DNA of 64,000 nt, taken from Sarea resinae. Its lineage: Eukaryota. Shown in pieces: positions 49,633 to 60,188 of this stretch (its first letter is position 1; each line of letters starts with the position of its first letter). The stretch is taken from positions 1 to 64,000 of the forward strand of contig JAPEUD010000078.1 in assembly GCA_026026165.1 (NCBI GenBank). The letters run 5' to 3'. The notes beneath the pieces are model-generated. The model saw only the letters and a program-made list of their open reading frames with translations, ran no database searches and had not been told where the DNA came from. A program made the translations under genes and the position numbers.

Positions 49633-50982
49633 CGGTGACTCTGTCAATGATGGATCCACGAGATGGATGGCACTGGTGATGTTGGCGGCATTGGACGGTT
49701 TGCATCAGATGCATGGATCCAAGTCAACACGTGCCTTGCCGAGAGTGACAGATTGACAGCAGAATAGGCGGTGATCTGGTAACAAATCAAAGTATCGATG
49801 ATCGACCTGATACCTAGCTTACTCATAGTAGACGGGGATCATCGCTTCCAGTTCGCTTCGTGCCTGGCCGATGGCCGACGATGACCGAAGAGAGACGAAC
49901 AAAGGATTGGAAGGGAAAGACACCTCAGATGAGCATTGGAAGGGACCTGAAGCAAAGGATGCAAAGTGATGCGTCACAGCGACAACAGATGCTGCAGACC
50001 TCCAGCTCCCGACGTCCTTACTATCCTCACCACCCTCACCATTCCCGCCATCCTCTAGGGCTCCAGCTCACCATCGCCTACTTACCTTAGGTGTCTTGAA
50101 GAGGTTATGAAGTACAAGATACGAAGTGCCTCCCCTTCCTTACCTTCCTGTACCTTTCCAACGGTCTCTACTGCGCAGTACAGCAGTAGCCCCAGACTTC
50201 TCCAGGCACACTGCCCATCCCTAGCGCCCCCATGATCCATGATCCATCATCCATGTTGGCCCCTGCCTGGCTGCAAGTCCCAATGGTCCAATGGTCCGAT
50301 GCTGGGTGGATCTTCTTCGATTTACCCAAAGCATGCAAAGGTGAGAGTGTGGCATCAAGCATCAACGACGTTGGTAGTAAGTTCCTTGGTAAATGACTTG
50401 GGTTCTACCTGCCCTACCAACAGTTGCCTTGCCATGTGGATTGGTTGGCCGGGACGTGGACCGGTACGCTGACGCTGATGCGGACGGCGAGGCAGACGAT
50501 TTGGCAGTCAATCGCATCGCTAAAGGGAGATACATGGAAGCATTCAGGTAGTGTGTCCCGTGCAAGATCGCCCCATCCCACTCGCATCTAGGTGCAGCCT
50601 TCTCCCATCTCCCAGAGACGTTGCTTTTGCTGCTTTTGCTCCACAATCTCCATCTGCATGCGTCTAGCACGCAACCCCAAGCCTAAGCCGCGACTGGTTG
50701 TTGAACCCCCATGCCTTGGGCTAGGTGTCCAGCCCAAACCGTATCACGGATCTGCCCGATACCTTTACCGCCACCCAGCAAATTGCGCCTAATTCCCTGA
50801 CCCCTTCAACTTGTGACACCGAGCGCCCGCTGCCCTCGAAGGGAACCTGTTTGCGCTTCAGCGCGAATGTCTGTTCGATATGACCGGCACCAGGTGCATT
50901 TGAGGCCTAGTTCTCCCTCACGCTCCGTAGACGAAGCATCGCCGGCTACTTTACGCAAGAGTGGGGGTCCTTCGGCTGTAGC

Positions 50983-52768
50983 TTATTTTCTGTAGTAGAT
51001 CTGGATCATGATGTTAGCGGGATCATGGTTTGCTGTGACACAACCAACGTACCTTCTTGAATTGGAAATGGAGTTGTAAGATGCCCTATGAAACCTGTCA
51101 GCAGTGTGGCATGTCGCATGATTCAAAATCCGCTCAGACCCCACCTTGTCAAAACTGCTCTTGAACCCTCTCTCTCTTTTGGCGCTGTAGTCCCACTCCT
51201 TATCGACGATCCGGAATGCGATATCTTCATACGGAGGGCCGGCGATGAAGCGAATAAGGCATGTGTCCTCTTCTCCAGCAGGAGCAAATGATTGACCCCG
51301 TTTTCGCCCATTCTCGCGCTCAATGCGGTATGTTGGTGCTTTGCTTTTGTCGATAAGATCGGGGTAGAATATGTTGAATTTGTATCCCTGAACCACTTTC
51401 GGTGGTGGATTGTCATGATCGTAGTGGGTTTGGTTGTACTTGTTCCACTCGTAACCCATTTGGACCCGGTTGAAGTATCGTGGCTTTCGCGGTCGATGCT
51501 TGCCCGTCCATTGGGACTTTGAGGTTGTTATGACGTCTTCTTCGCCAGCAAATATCTCCTCATCTTCGCCAATACCGCGCGCCACCTCTCGTTCATAAAG
51601 GGCTTTTGTCGCTTGCGAGAAATCTTCATTTGGAATAGCAGCAAACCGAGAGACACCAGAGTCGACACGTTCAGGAGCCTTTGTCTCGGTCTGTATGACG
51701 CTCTTCTCTTGCTGTCGTTGTCTCATAGGTACAAATCCCATTTTGAGCGTATTCTTTCGATCAACAGCCTAGAGGAAGTGAGCGTAGCCACGAAGTATGA
51801 GGGATGGAAAGACTAACTATTTTCTGCAAGAAGTCCCTCTCATCTATAGACTCTAGGGTTTTGTCTTCGGTCCGAAGTTTAAGAAGCGGCTCTGGATCTA
51901 AAGCAGTCGAATATTGGACCGTGGTGGGATATGTGCCTTCTCCCAAAGTCTGACCAGAGCCCTTTCCGTCGAAAATACGACTTAATTTCTCAGATACAAT
52001 TTCAGCCTCCTCTATTTGCTGTTGTCGTAGGCTTTTGAGGCGATCATCGATGACCGACTGGTATATAGCTTTTAGCTTAGCCTTAGCCTTCCAGACCCGA
52101 AGAGTTCGTAAAAGTTGCTCCCAGTAATCGAAGTCGATTGGCTCATTGGAGTCTAGTTTTTTCACTACCTGTTTCTCTAAAGCTTGTAGTTCGTCATATG
52201 ACTTGGCAGCGAATGTCCGATCAATATCCGCGGAGACTGAATTGATCGCGCGACCTTCTGGGTCTTTACCAGAGAGCTTGAGCCGGCGATCTGCGCAGAT
52301 AGTCTTCATACTCTGCTGATTGTAAGTAGAGTCCGGCAATAAAAGGAAGTGGGTATGACATACGTTCCAGTAGTCTCGGCTGCTGGCCCGAGTCTCCAAG
52401 GACGCAAAAGCATCAATGTCATGTTCCAGATCTTGTAGTTGGGGTGCATCCAGACTGTCGAAAATCCCTTCAGGATTGACTACAGGGAGTTCGCCCTCCT
52501 CTTCGTTCTCTTCGAGAGGATCTGGCTCGACCACGGAGAGCAACACGGCCAACCAGTCCACAGGCTTCGCCCGACCCTCTTTGACCCGAATCTCGGCCTT
52601 TTTCTTTGCCTGCTTGAGAACAAATTTGTCTTCGTCGGCGACCCAGGCAGCTTCCTGTGATTCCGCCGGTCTTTTGGCTGGAATCGTGGAAGTAGTACGC
52701 TGATTTGGACGGCCTCCACGCCATGGGGGCGTTTCTTGACTTCCTCGATTCCCTCGATTCTCCATCAT
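50983..52768 (-). CDS. cactin: Cactin (spliceosome-associated factor)
   Basis: Motifs FVLKQAKKKAEIRVKEGRAKPVDWL, RKPRYFNRVQMGYEWNKYNQTHYDHDNPPPKVVQGYKFNIFYPDL, GPPYEDIAFRIVDKEW. C-terminal exons GILQLHFQFKK|IYYRK*. Confidence 0.93.
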
Positions 52769-53254
52769 GGAGCTTCGCACTTTGGCCGAATAGCAAAACT
52801 GCTTAAGGCCTCGCAAAACAAGCAGAAAGAAGATTGCCAGTAAAGGTGTGAGGACCGGTTGGTAAGGTAGAGTAGAGTAGGGAAATAATGACAATAATAA
52901 TGGCCGAAATGTTCCAGTCAGTAGCACTGCGGATCGACGTCAAAAGCGCGGAAGTTCCCGGTCCTCGAGTACGGAGTACTCCTGCTAACCTATCCATGGA
53001 TGATACTGCCGAGCGCCTACTTGGTATGGAGGTATTCTTAGAGGTCGTCAAGTCAGCAGTCAGACTCCAGGCAGACGTGTTACCTCCCCATGGGACCACC
53101 TCTCGACACTGACTGCGACTAATGCACACTCACTTTACAGTTCCCCGCTCTGGTCTGTCCATATGATTGTCCCATTTACCGTACAGCTCATCTGCATCTA
53201 TTGCTCCATCTCGTGTGATAATAAAGCGTTTTTCGTTGAGCCTTCAGATTCATT

Positions 53255-54820
53255 ATGCCTTCAGGATGGACCCAATTTCCTCTAGGATCCTCTGCAAGCG
53301 ATCTGCCACCGCTTCTTGTCAAGAGCGATTTCTGCAGCACTGGATACAGCATCTTTGTCACTGATCTAGACTACATATGGACAGAAAGCTTAGATCGCCG
53401 TCAGATCTTCAAGAGAGCTTTGAATGAGAATACGAGCATAGATCCTAGTGAAGACCCGAGCCAGATGAGAATTCTCCTGGAGAAAATTCAGGCAGCAATC
53501 CAAGGTGATGAGGATACCGATATGATTCTTGCATCCCCTGAGGGGCCGCAACAATTGGTCTTAAAGATCACTGCTCCGCTCCCAGCACCGTTGTCCCCGT
53601 TGGAATGGACTCTTCGCTTGGAGCTCCATCCTAAAGGCACCCTCCAGGACGAGCTAATATTGCCTCTATTAAGTGCGCAGATCGCTCTATCACAGCGATC
53701 ACAGTCACTTATGGATATAATTCGAGAAAAAGACCACGTGATTGCTAGACTAGTAGATAAGCTCGAAGCTTCAGGCACCGATTTGGGCTCACTATTTCCT
53801 GGGGCAGCGGGTTTGATGTCGAGGAACAAGAACAAGGGCTCTAACAGAGAGACCGTTGGTCGGGTAGTCAGGGGACTGGGAAATTTTGATGAGGAAGAAT
53901 GGAGTGCCGACATGAAGAAGACATTTAAAGGAGAGGACTCCTTTGGCGACACCTCAAGTCTTGAAGGACTGGTGGAAAAACATCAGAAACACGAGAGAAC
54001 CGATAAGTGGTGGGAGGGCTTAGGGCAAAATCCCGCCGCTGATACTCCTAGAGCGGCCTCAGCTAGGACACAGTCCAGGGTAGGGTCTCGTTTGAAGATG
54101 CCAGCCAATGCACGGACTGAAGGGAAGCAGAATAGCGACGAGGAATTCCAGGTAGGTCAGTGAGATGTGTTGACTTCAAGGGTACTAAAATATAGCAGCG
54201 ACAGAAAACTCCACCCAATATTCGACTCCCAGAAAAGCCGGTCTTGATCGGAGCCGAAATGCAGACAAGCAATGATGCGATCATGGGGACGAGAGCTGAT
54301 AGTCCGGATGAGACAACTGACGAGGAGGATGACCTCGAAGGCATATCAGCACCAGCAAGCCGCAGAGCCAGTGACCCAACATCCAAGAGTAAGCATATGA
54401 TACCGTATAATTGAGGATCTGCAAGTTAACGAACCTCAAGTTGATGTTATGCCAAAAGCAGCAACCACCCCATTACCTTTACAACCCAAAAAGAGACTCG
54501 GTACGCTTGGAGGTCGAAGTAAAGCTAATGTAAAAGAGACTGCAGCAGAACCATTGATCCGGGACTCACCTGCGAAGTCTTCTCATAATGGAAAGCTTGG
54601 AGTCATTGGTGGGAAGAGCCGCACGTCCAGCGAGCAGGGTGCATCCACCCCAGATAGAAACCAGCTCGTGCCAAAGGAAGACGATCAAGTACGAAAGGTG
54701 CCAGCAAATGAAGAGTCCGAGGAAACTCCCCAGGACAGGGCGAATCGAAGGCGGGAGCAATTAAGGAGAGAACTTGAGGAGAGAAGCAAAGCCCCACCAA
54801 AAAAGAAGCGTAGGTTTTGA
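53255..54820 (+). CDS. XLF/Cernunnos (Nej1-like) non-homologous end-joining factor
   Basis: N-terminal LLVK...YSIFVTDLDYIWTESL..SIDPSED..LKITAPLP..LEWTLRL, coiled coil KDHVIARLVDKLE, basic C-terminus KKKRRF. Two introns starting at 54152 and ~54389. Confidence 0.85.
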
Positions 54821-55512
54821 TTCTGCCGCGGCAAGTGCCACCTACTTTGCCGAAGCCGACTACCTGGGTCTATCCAGAAGGCCTACATGCGATCAGCTTG
54901 CGGATGGTGTGATAGAGGAGTCATTGGAAAGACGAAAGATTTGACAGTGGACTTGGCAAAGTATCACTCCTTGCGATTAAGGTCTGGCAATGACTTGCCA
55001 GTCTCAATTCGTGCTCCAAACGAGGACCGGGGGATAATCCCAGGGTGAGGCTATCTCAACGATATGCTTGCCGCCTAATCATATACCAAAGTCCGCAGAT
55101 GAGTCTAGCCAGCGAATGAAGCATCTAGAATATACCGGGTGCTATCTCTGGCCGGCGATGCCAATCAAATGGAAAGCTGCATTGCTTTTCTGGCATTTCG
55201 AAGCCATGGACATGAAGCGGAGACGCGTGAGACGACGTAACAGAAGAGGTCACGGGCAGATAAATGTTTTCCTTGAGATGCTTCTGAGGATGCAACACAT
55301 TCATCATGAACAAACACATTCATCATCTCGGCTATTTCCCACTTATACTTACTGCACTGACAATCGTCGGTGATGCTCTCGGTTGCACCCATCATACTCA
55401 CTCATGATCCTGAGTTTACAAATAGCGTCACCTCAACTCAGCTTCCATAGAGCTGGACCCTTTGCCTTCACAGGCCTCTTACATCTTCCAGCTCTTGCAC
55501 CAAGCTGACAAT

Positions 55513-58500
55513 ATGTGTCGATATCGATACGAATACTTTGGAAATTGCACGCATCAGAAATTTGCCTTGTACGAGCTTTGTCAGGATGCCGACGTGTTGA
55601 TCAGAGCCAATGATGAACAAAACCAGACTTCACGGGTAGTACCCCAATTTCCAAAATCAGGACCCGGCTCAGATTCATCATGGCCTCCGAGTACCCAGAC
55701 TGGAAGAACAGTAACTCGTTCTTTGCCCGAAAGCTTCTCAGATCTATTTCCAAGGTCGATCTCAAACAGTGGACCGCAAGCTATGCCATGGAGTGCCCTG
55801 ATAGCTAAATCTGGCACGCAAGGAAATATTACAGGAGCGGAGCTCATGAAGAATGAGCATGACAATTTTTATCGTTCTGCATTCCTAGGACAAGGACAAG
55901 GACAAGGAAAAATAAACCCGAGGCTTCGAGGAGGCGCCACTTCTGACCATATGTCACCGCAGTTTGAATCCGATACTGGGCTAGAGAGAGTATCTACCTT
56001 GTCTGGTCAGAACAATACAATTTCATTTGCCACGCCAACCGGAATGTCGTGGGCGGAGGAAATCGAATTTGAGGAAGAACAGCGCTCAACTCAAGGCCAA
56101 GTGCATAGCCTACCACAGAACCTAGCTGCCGAAGCAAAACTACCTTGGAAGCCGGCTGGAATTTCCTGGGCCGACGATGTGGAGGAAGAAGAGATCCAGC
56201 TTTCCAATCATGCTACAGAACCCATCATCTCTAAATTCTTGACTACGGAGAATCCCGTGGAACCGCGACAGAGAACATCATGGGCCGATGAAGTGGATAT
56301 GGACGAAATGATAACATGTGAACAAAGTCAAGGCTCCACTTCAAAGACTAGAAGAATCCAAGAGGGTAATTCTGCGATGTCACCGAGTTCGTGGGCTGAT
56401 GTTGTCAAGCTTGATTACGCAGAGCAGTCATTTGAAAAACAATCATTAGCACCATCCAGCCAAGTAACGCCAGACAAGCCAGCAGATAAGAAATGGATAA
56501 CGACGTGGGCTGATAAAGTTGAAAAAGAACATGCAACAGGGCCCATCCGTTTTCAGGAGGAAAAGGCTGTAATTCATCGCTCAGCGGTCGAGGCACACAG
56601 TGGGGTTCCCACGAATATGAGAGCCCTGCCTTGGTCCTTTAAGCCTAGACTTGATGGCAAGAAGAGCCGAAGTAGCTGGCGAGTGACAGATCAATCGTCT
56701 CCCAATACCGATATTTCTAGATCGGGTCGTGTCTATCGGCCAGGAAAGGAGCGTATTTACATTCCTCCCAAGGAGGACCTCGCAATCGCATTGCGCAGTT
56801 CGCTTCATAAGTCGAAGAAACCGTGGCGGGGGCCAGGTGCTGTCAGTCGTGCAACAGATCACCAGCCCGCAAAAGGAGTAAGGAATCTCGAGACGCCCAC
56901 TGAGGGAAAATCCAAAGTCAGTCCGCAAGAGTCAATTGATAAGTTCAAAGTGTTTGATGGCTTTCATGTCTTTGATAATGTCTCCCGAAATCTCCTGAAA
57001 GACCCTCAGAATGAATCCATCTTGGGCAGAAAGGTCTCTTTTGGTGACATCCGTACGGATGAAGCTTCAGTATGCTATTCAGCGTCTCAGGGTTTGTCAA
57101 GAACAGCAAGTCCACGTGAGCTGCCGTCTCAAGACAATACTGCTCGTATCAAAGACCTTATCGCGGCTTTATTTCCCCAGCCGCATCGTGTGAGATCCGA
57201 GAGTACGCCAATTCCGACCAGACCAGAGGATGACCTGATGAGCAGACCGCGAGCCTCATCACTGATCCTAAGCAAAATACTGCCTGCGATCAATCGTCGC
57301 ACGCTTTCGGACCAAACAGTGGCGTTGGATTCCTACGAGCATGTTGAGAAAGAGCTGTGGACCCTCGGAGATGCTATTGAACTGCGAGGAAATATTTCAG
57401 TCGCTGAGGGTAGACAGATCCATTCAAAAATCAAAAACACGCACTTTGCAAGAGAAGACGTGCCAATTGCCGACAAAAGAGACTTCGAGAGAAGCCGATC
57501 AGACGAGGGACAGGTTCATTCTGTGGCGACGAGCAATTTGTCTTCGGAAAACTCTTACGTCAGTGAGAACACCGAAGTCCTTGGCAGGCTTGTTCCCTTA
57601 GCGCGAACAAAAAATCAAACTATCGAGGATAAGAGTCTTCAGACTCGGAGTCCGTTCTCCCATTCACCTGTGCTCCAAGTTACACGGGTTTCTGAAGGCG
57701 AATCCGCGGGACATTCCCCTAGCGATGCTTCTGTCCAGCATGGCCGCATGCCAAGTTCACTCTTTACTGATCCGGCTATTGAAGATAATCTTGATCAAAG
57801 CACCGGCTCGTCGACTGAACAGAAAAAACCCCCACTTCTCAGCCTCAATCTAAACCCAGATGCTCCATTATCAAGTCCACTAAAACTTCCACAGGCTTCG
57901 CCGACCGTACATCTTGCAGACGGTTGGAAAGAGCCGAGTAGACAGCGGAGAAAGACTCGGAAGACAGGGGCCCAATGGAAAAAGAAGCAGCCACTGTTGA
58001 ACTTGGGTCACACTGATACCGAGAAGCACCTCTCGTCTGACGGTTTCGATGACATTCGAGGCGGAGAAATCCAGCGAGGGGCTACGACTGATATCTGGAA
58101 GATAAGACATAGCAGTGATGATCACGGAGATAGTTGGCATAAAGTTGAAGCTAGGGGACGGCACGCTCCCAATGCGGACGGTCCACCGAAGGAGCAAAAA
58201 CAGAAGGAGTCAAAGCGAGGCAGAGGTAGGGGAGGCCTGGGTCGAAAATCTACGAAACCCAACGCCCGCGGGACGAAGTCTCACCAGTTCGGCATTGTAC
58301 CGGCTGCACTCCCAACTTCAGAACCGTCTTCCCGGACTTCTTCTGATACTCAGGCATTACGAGGTATTCAGGGTTCTCTGTTAATCAAAGGGCTAAGCTA
58401 CGCTGCCATTGCCGACCCGCATTCACCGCAGTCCAATCACTCCAGCATACTATCATCTGATGGCATCTTTGTGTCGGCGCCCCAATCGCCAATAAAGTCC

Positions 58501-59361
58501 CCAACTAAGCCACGTCTTGTCCGCGTAAAGCATGATAAGGCGACTCAAACCCCTCAAACCCCTCATTTCGACGATGCGCCTCTATCAGAGGAGGATTATT
58601 TCTCTGCATCAGAGGTTCCCGCTACAAAAGGTAAGGCAGCTATCGACGTCAGACCAAGAACAGTCTCCAAGTCATCCACCCGCGTTGCCTCAGCCAAGAC
58701 CTCCTTTGTACAACTTCAGGAACAGGACTTGCAAAGAAGACTCGAATCAGATGCCATCGATAAGACGACCAGACCAGAGGCGCTCGATGATAAGTCCGAG
58801 CGTCAGGTAGTTCACAAATCATTAGGGCCGCAAGCCAAGCCGGCGATCATCTACGATAGCAAAAACGGCCTCGATCCCACCACTCCACCATTCGTACGCC
58901 GTCGGCCGCCTACTTCATTCTCCATGATGCGGGGGACATTCTCATATGCACCTTCTCTAGCAATTGAGCCGTGGTACATGACAGATATCGACAGAGCATC
59001 ACCAACTTTCAATGCGTCATTCCACGCCCCTGACATACCAGAGCCTTCGGCCTACTGTCAACCGCCTGTCGCTCCGCCTCACAGTCTCAACCCCGTTCCA
59101 GTTACAGAAAGCCCACAAACTGAACCCCGCACTGGCCCCCAAAACAGTCGTGCAGAACAAATCCGCTGGCTTTTTCAGGAGAAGGAACGACGACCTGGCA
59201 TGAAATTCGTTCGCGTGCTACTCCCCGACTTCGAGTCAAAAATCCGTCGCATCCGCCCCTGTGGCGTCTTCCACATCGAGAAAGCGACCGAGGTGCTGAA
59301 TCAATGGTGTCCAGACTGCGTCAGCAAGTACGGTCTTGACTTCCACTCCAACTACCTGTAG
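55513..59361 (+). CDS. Large intronless, mostly disordered hypothetical protein (1282 aa) with terminal Cys/His motifs
   Basis: Uninterrupted 3.85-kb ORF. Starts MCRYRYEYFGNCTHQKFALYELC and ends RPCGVFHIEKATEVLNQWCPDCV. Interior is rich in S/P/E/K/R. Confidence 0.85.
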   Translation: MCRYRYEYFGNCTHQKFALYELCQDADVLIRANDEQNQTSRVVPQFPKSGPGSDSSWPPSTQTGRTVTRSLPESFSDLFPRSISNSGPQAMPWSALIAKSGTQGNITGAELMKNEHDNFYRSAFLGQGQGQGKINPRLRGGATSDHMSPQFESDTGLERVSTLSGQNNTISFATPTGMSWAEEIEFEEEQRSTQGQVHSLPQNLAAEAKLPWKPAGISWADDVEEEEIQLSNHATEPIISKFLTTENPVEPRQRTSWADEVDMDEMITCEQSQGSTSKTRRIQEGNSAMSPSSWADVVKLDYAEQSFEKQSLAPSSQVTPDKPADKKWITTWADKVEKEHATGPIRFQEEKAVIHRSAVEAHSGVPTNMRALPWSFKPRLDGKKSRSSWRVTDQSSPNTDISRSGRVYRPGKERIYIPPKEDLAIALRSSLHKSKKPWRGPGAVSRATDHQPAKGVRNLETPTEGKSKVSPQESIDKFKVFDGFHVFDNVSRNLLKDPQNESILGRKVSFGDIRTDEASVCYSASQGLSRTASPRELPSQDNTARIKDLIAALFPQPHRVRSESTPIPTRPEDDLMSRPRASSLILSKILPAINRRTLSDQTVALDSYEHVEKELWTLGDAIELRGNISVAEGRQIHSKIKNTHFAREDVPIADKRDFERSRSDEGQVHSVATSNLSSENSYVSENTEVLGRLVPLARTKNQTIEDKSLQTRSPFSHSPVLQVTRVSEGESAGHSPSDASVQHGRMPSSLFTDPAIEDNLDQSTGSSTEQKKPPLLSLNLNPDAPLSSPLKLPQASPTVHLADGWKEPSRQRRKTRKTGAQWKKKQPLLNLGHTDTEKHLSSDGFDDIRGGEIQRGATTDIWKIRHSSDDHGDSWHKVEARGRHAPNADGPPKEQKQKESKRGRGRGGLGRKSTKPNARGTKSHQFGIVPAALPTSEPSSRTSSDTQALRGIQGSLLIKGLSYAAIADPHSPQSNHSSILSSDGIFVSAPQSPIKSPTKPRLVRVKHDKATQTPQTPHFDDAPLSEEDYFSASEVPATKGKAAIDVRPRTVSKSSTRVASAKTSFVQLQEQDLQRRLESDAIDKTTRPEALDDKSERQVVHKSLGPQAKPAIIYDSKNGLDPTTPPFVRRRPPTSFSMMRGTFSYAPSLAIEPWYMTDIDRASPTFNASFHAPDIPEPSAYCQPPVAPPHSLNPVPVTESPQTEPRTGPQNSRAEQIRWLFQEKERRPGMKFVRVLLPDFESKIRRIRPCGVFHIEKATEVLNQWCPDCVSKYGLDFHSNYL

Positions 59362-60188
59362 CTGCTTCGGCAGTGGTTTTAGCGCGTTGGGCTGTGGCGT
59401 TGAATCAGGACAAGGGGTGGATCGGATGTTTGGACCATCATTCATGGGCCTTCCTTCATGCTGTTCGGCGTATCTCTTGATAGTCTCATCTTCCCCGCTC
59501 TTCCGGTGCTCATTCCCCGTATCCCATTCCCTCTTGCCAATACCAGTTTCGCGCTCGGCCTTTCTCGATTCTAGGCGGCTTCTAGGCCTCTCGATGGATA
59601 GGATGTGGCATAGCGTACAGCATATTTCATGTTCTTTCCTGTTTCCCTTTCCCTGTTTCCTCTTTACGCCGTGGTTTCATTTCCAAATTGCCCCTACGAG
59701 ATTTCTATTTACTTTCCTGCCCTTTTTTTCAATAAAGGGGCATGCTCTCCCTCTTGTCCTTGTTCCCCTCATGTTTTTAGATCCTTTAGGTAGTTCAATT
59801 CAAAAAGATGAATAAAAGAGGGTTCGAAAACAGTCATCGGTCGCTAATGATCCCTGAGTCCGAGTTCGCGGTTCCCAGGCACTTGGTACTAGGTTGAATG
59901 AAGGGTTCAGGATAGTACAAGATATATATCTCTATCTCTCTCGCCCGAGATCAGACCAGACCAGTCCACGGGGTCTAAAGTAAACAGACGCTTCAGGGCG
60001 TTAGAGCCTCAGTTTGACTACTAAGGGAAACCCTGGGATATGAGAAGGAGAAAAAACAAAACAAAAAGAACGAACGGAATAAGGAAAACGCCGGTAGGTG
60101 ACCCGCTCTATATTCATGCCCACCGCTAGCTAATTACGTCAGCCAGTCCGGTCGAGATTGGGACTTGGCTGGATTCGATTATCAGAGT

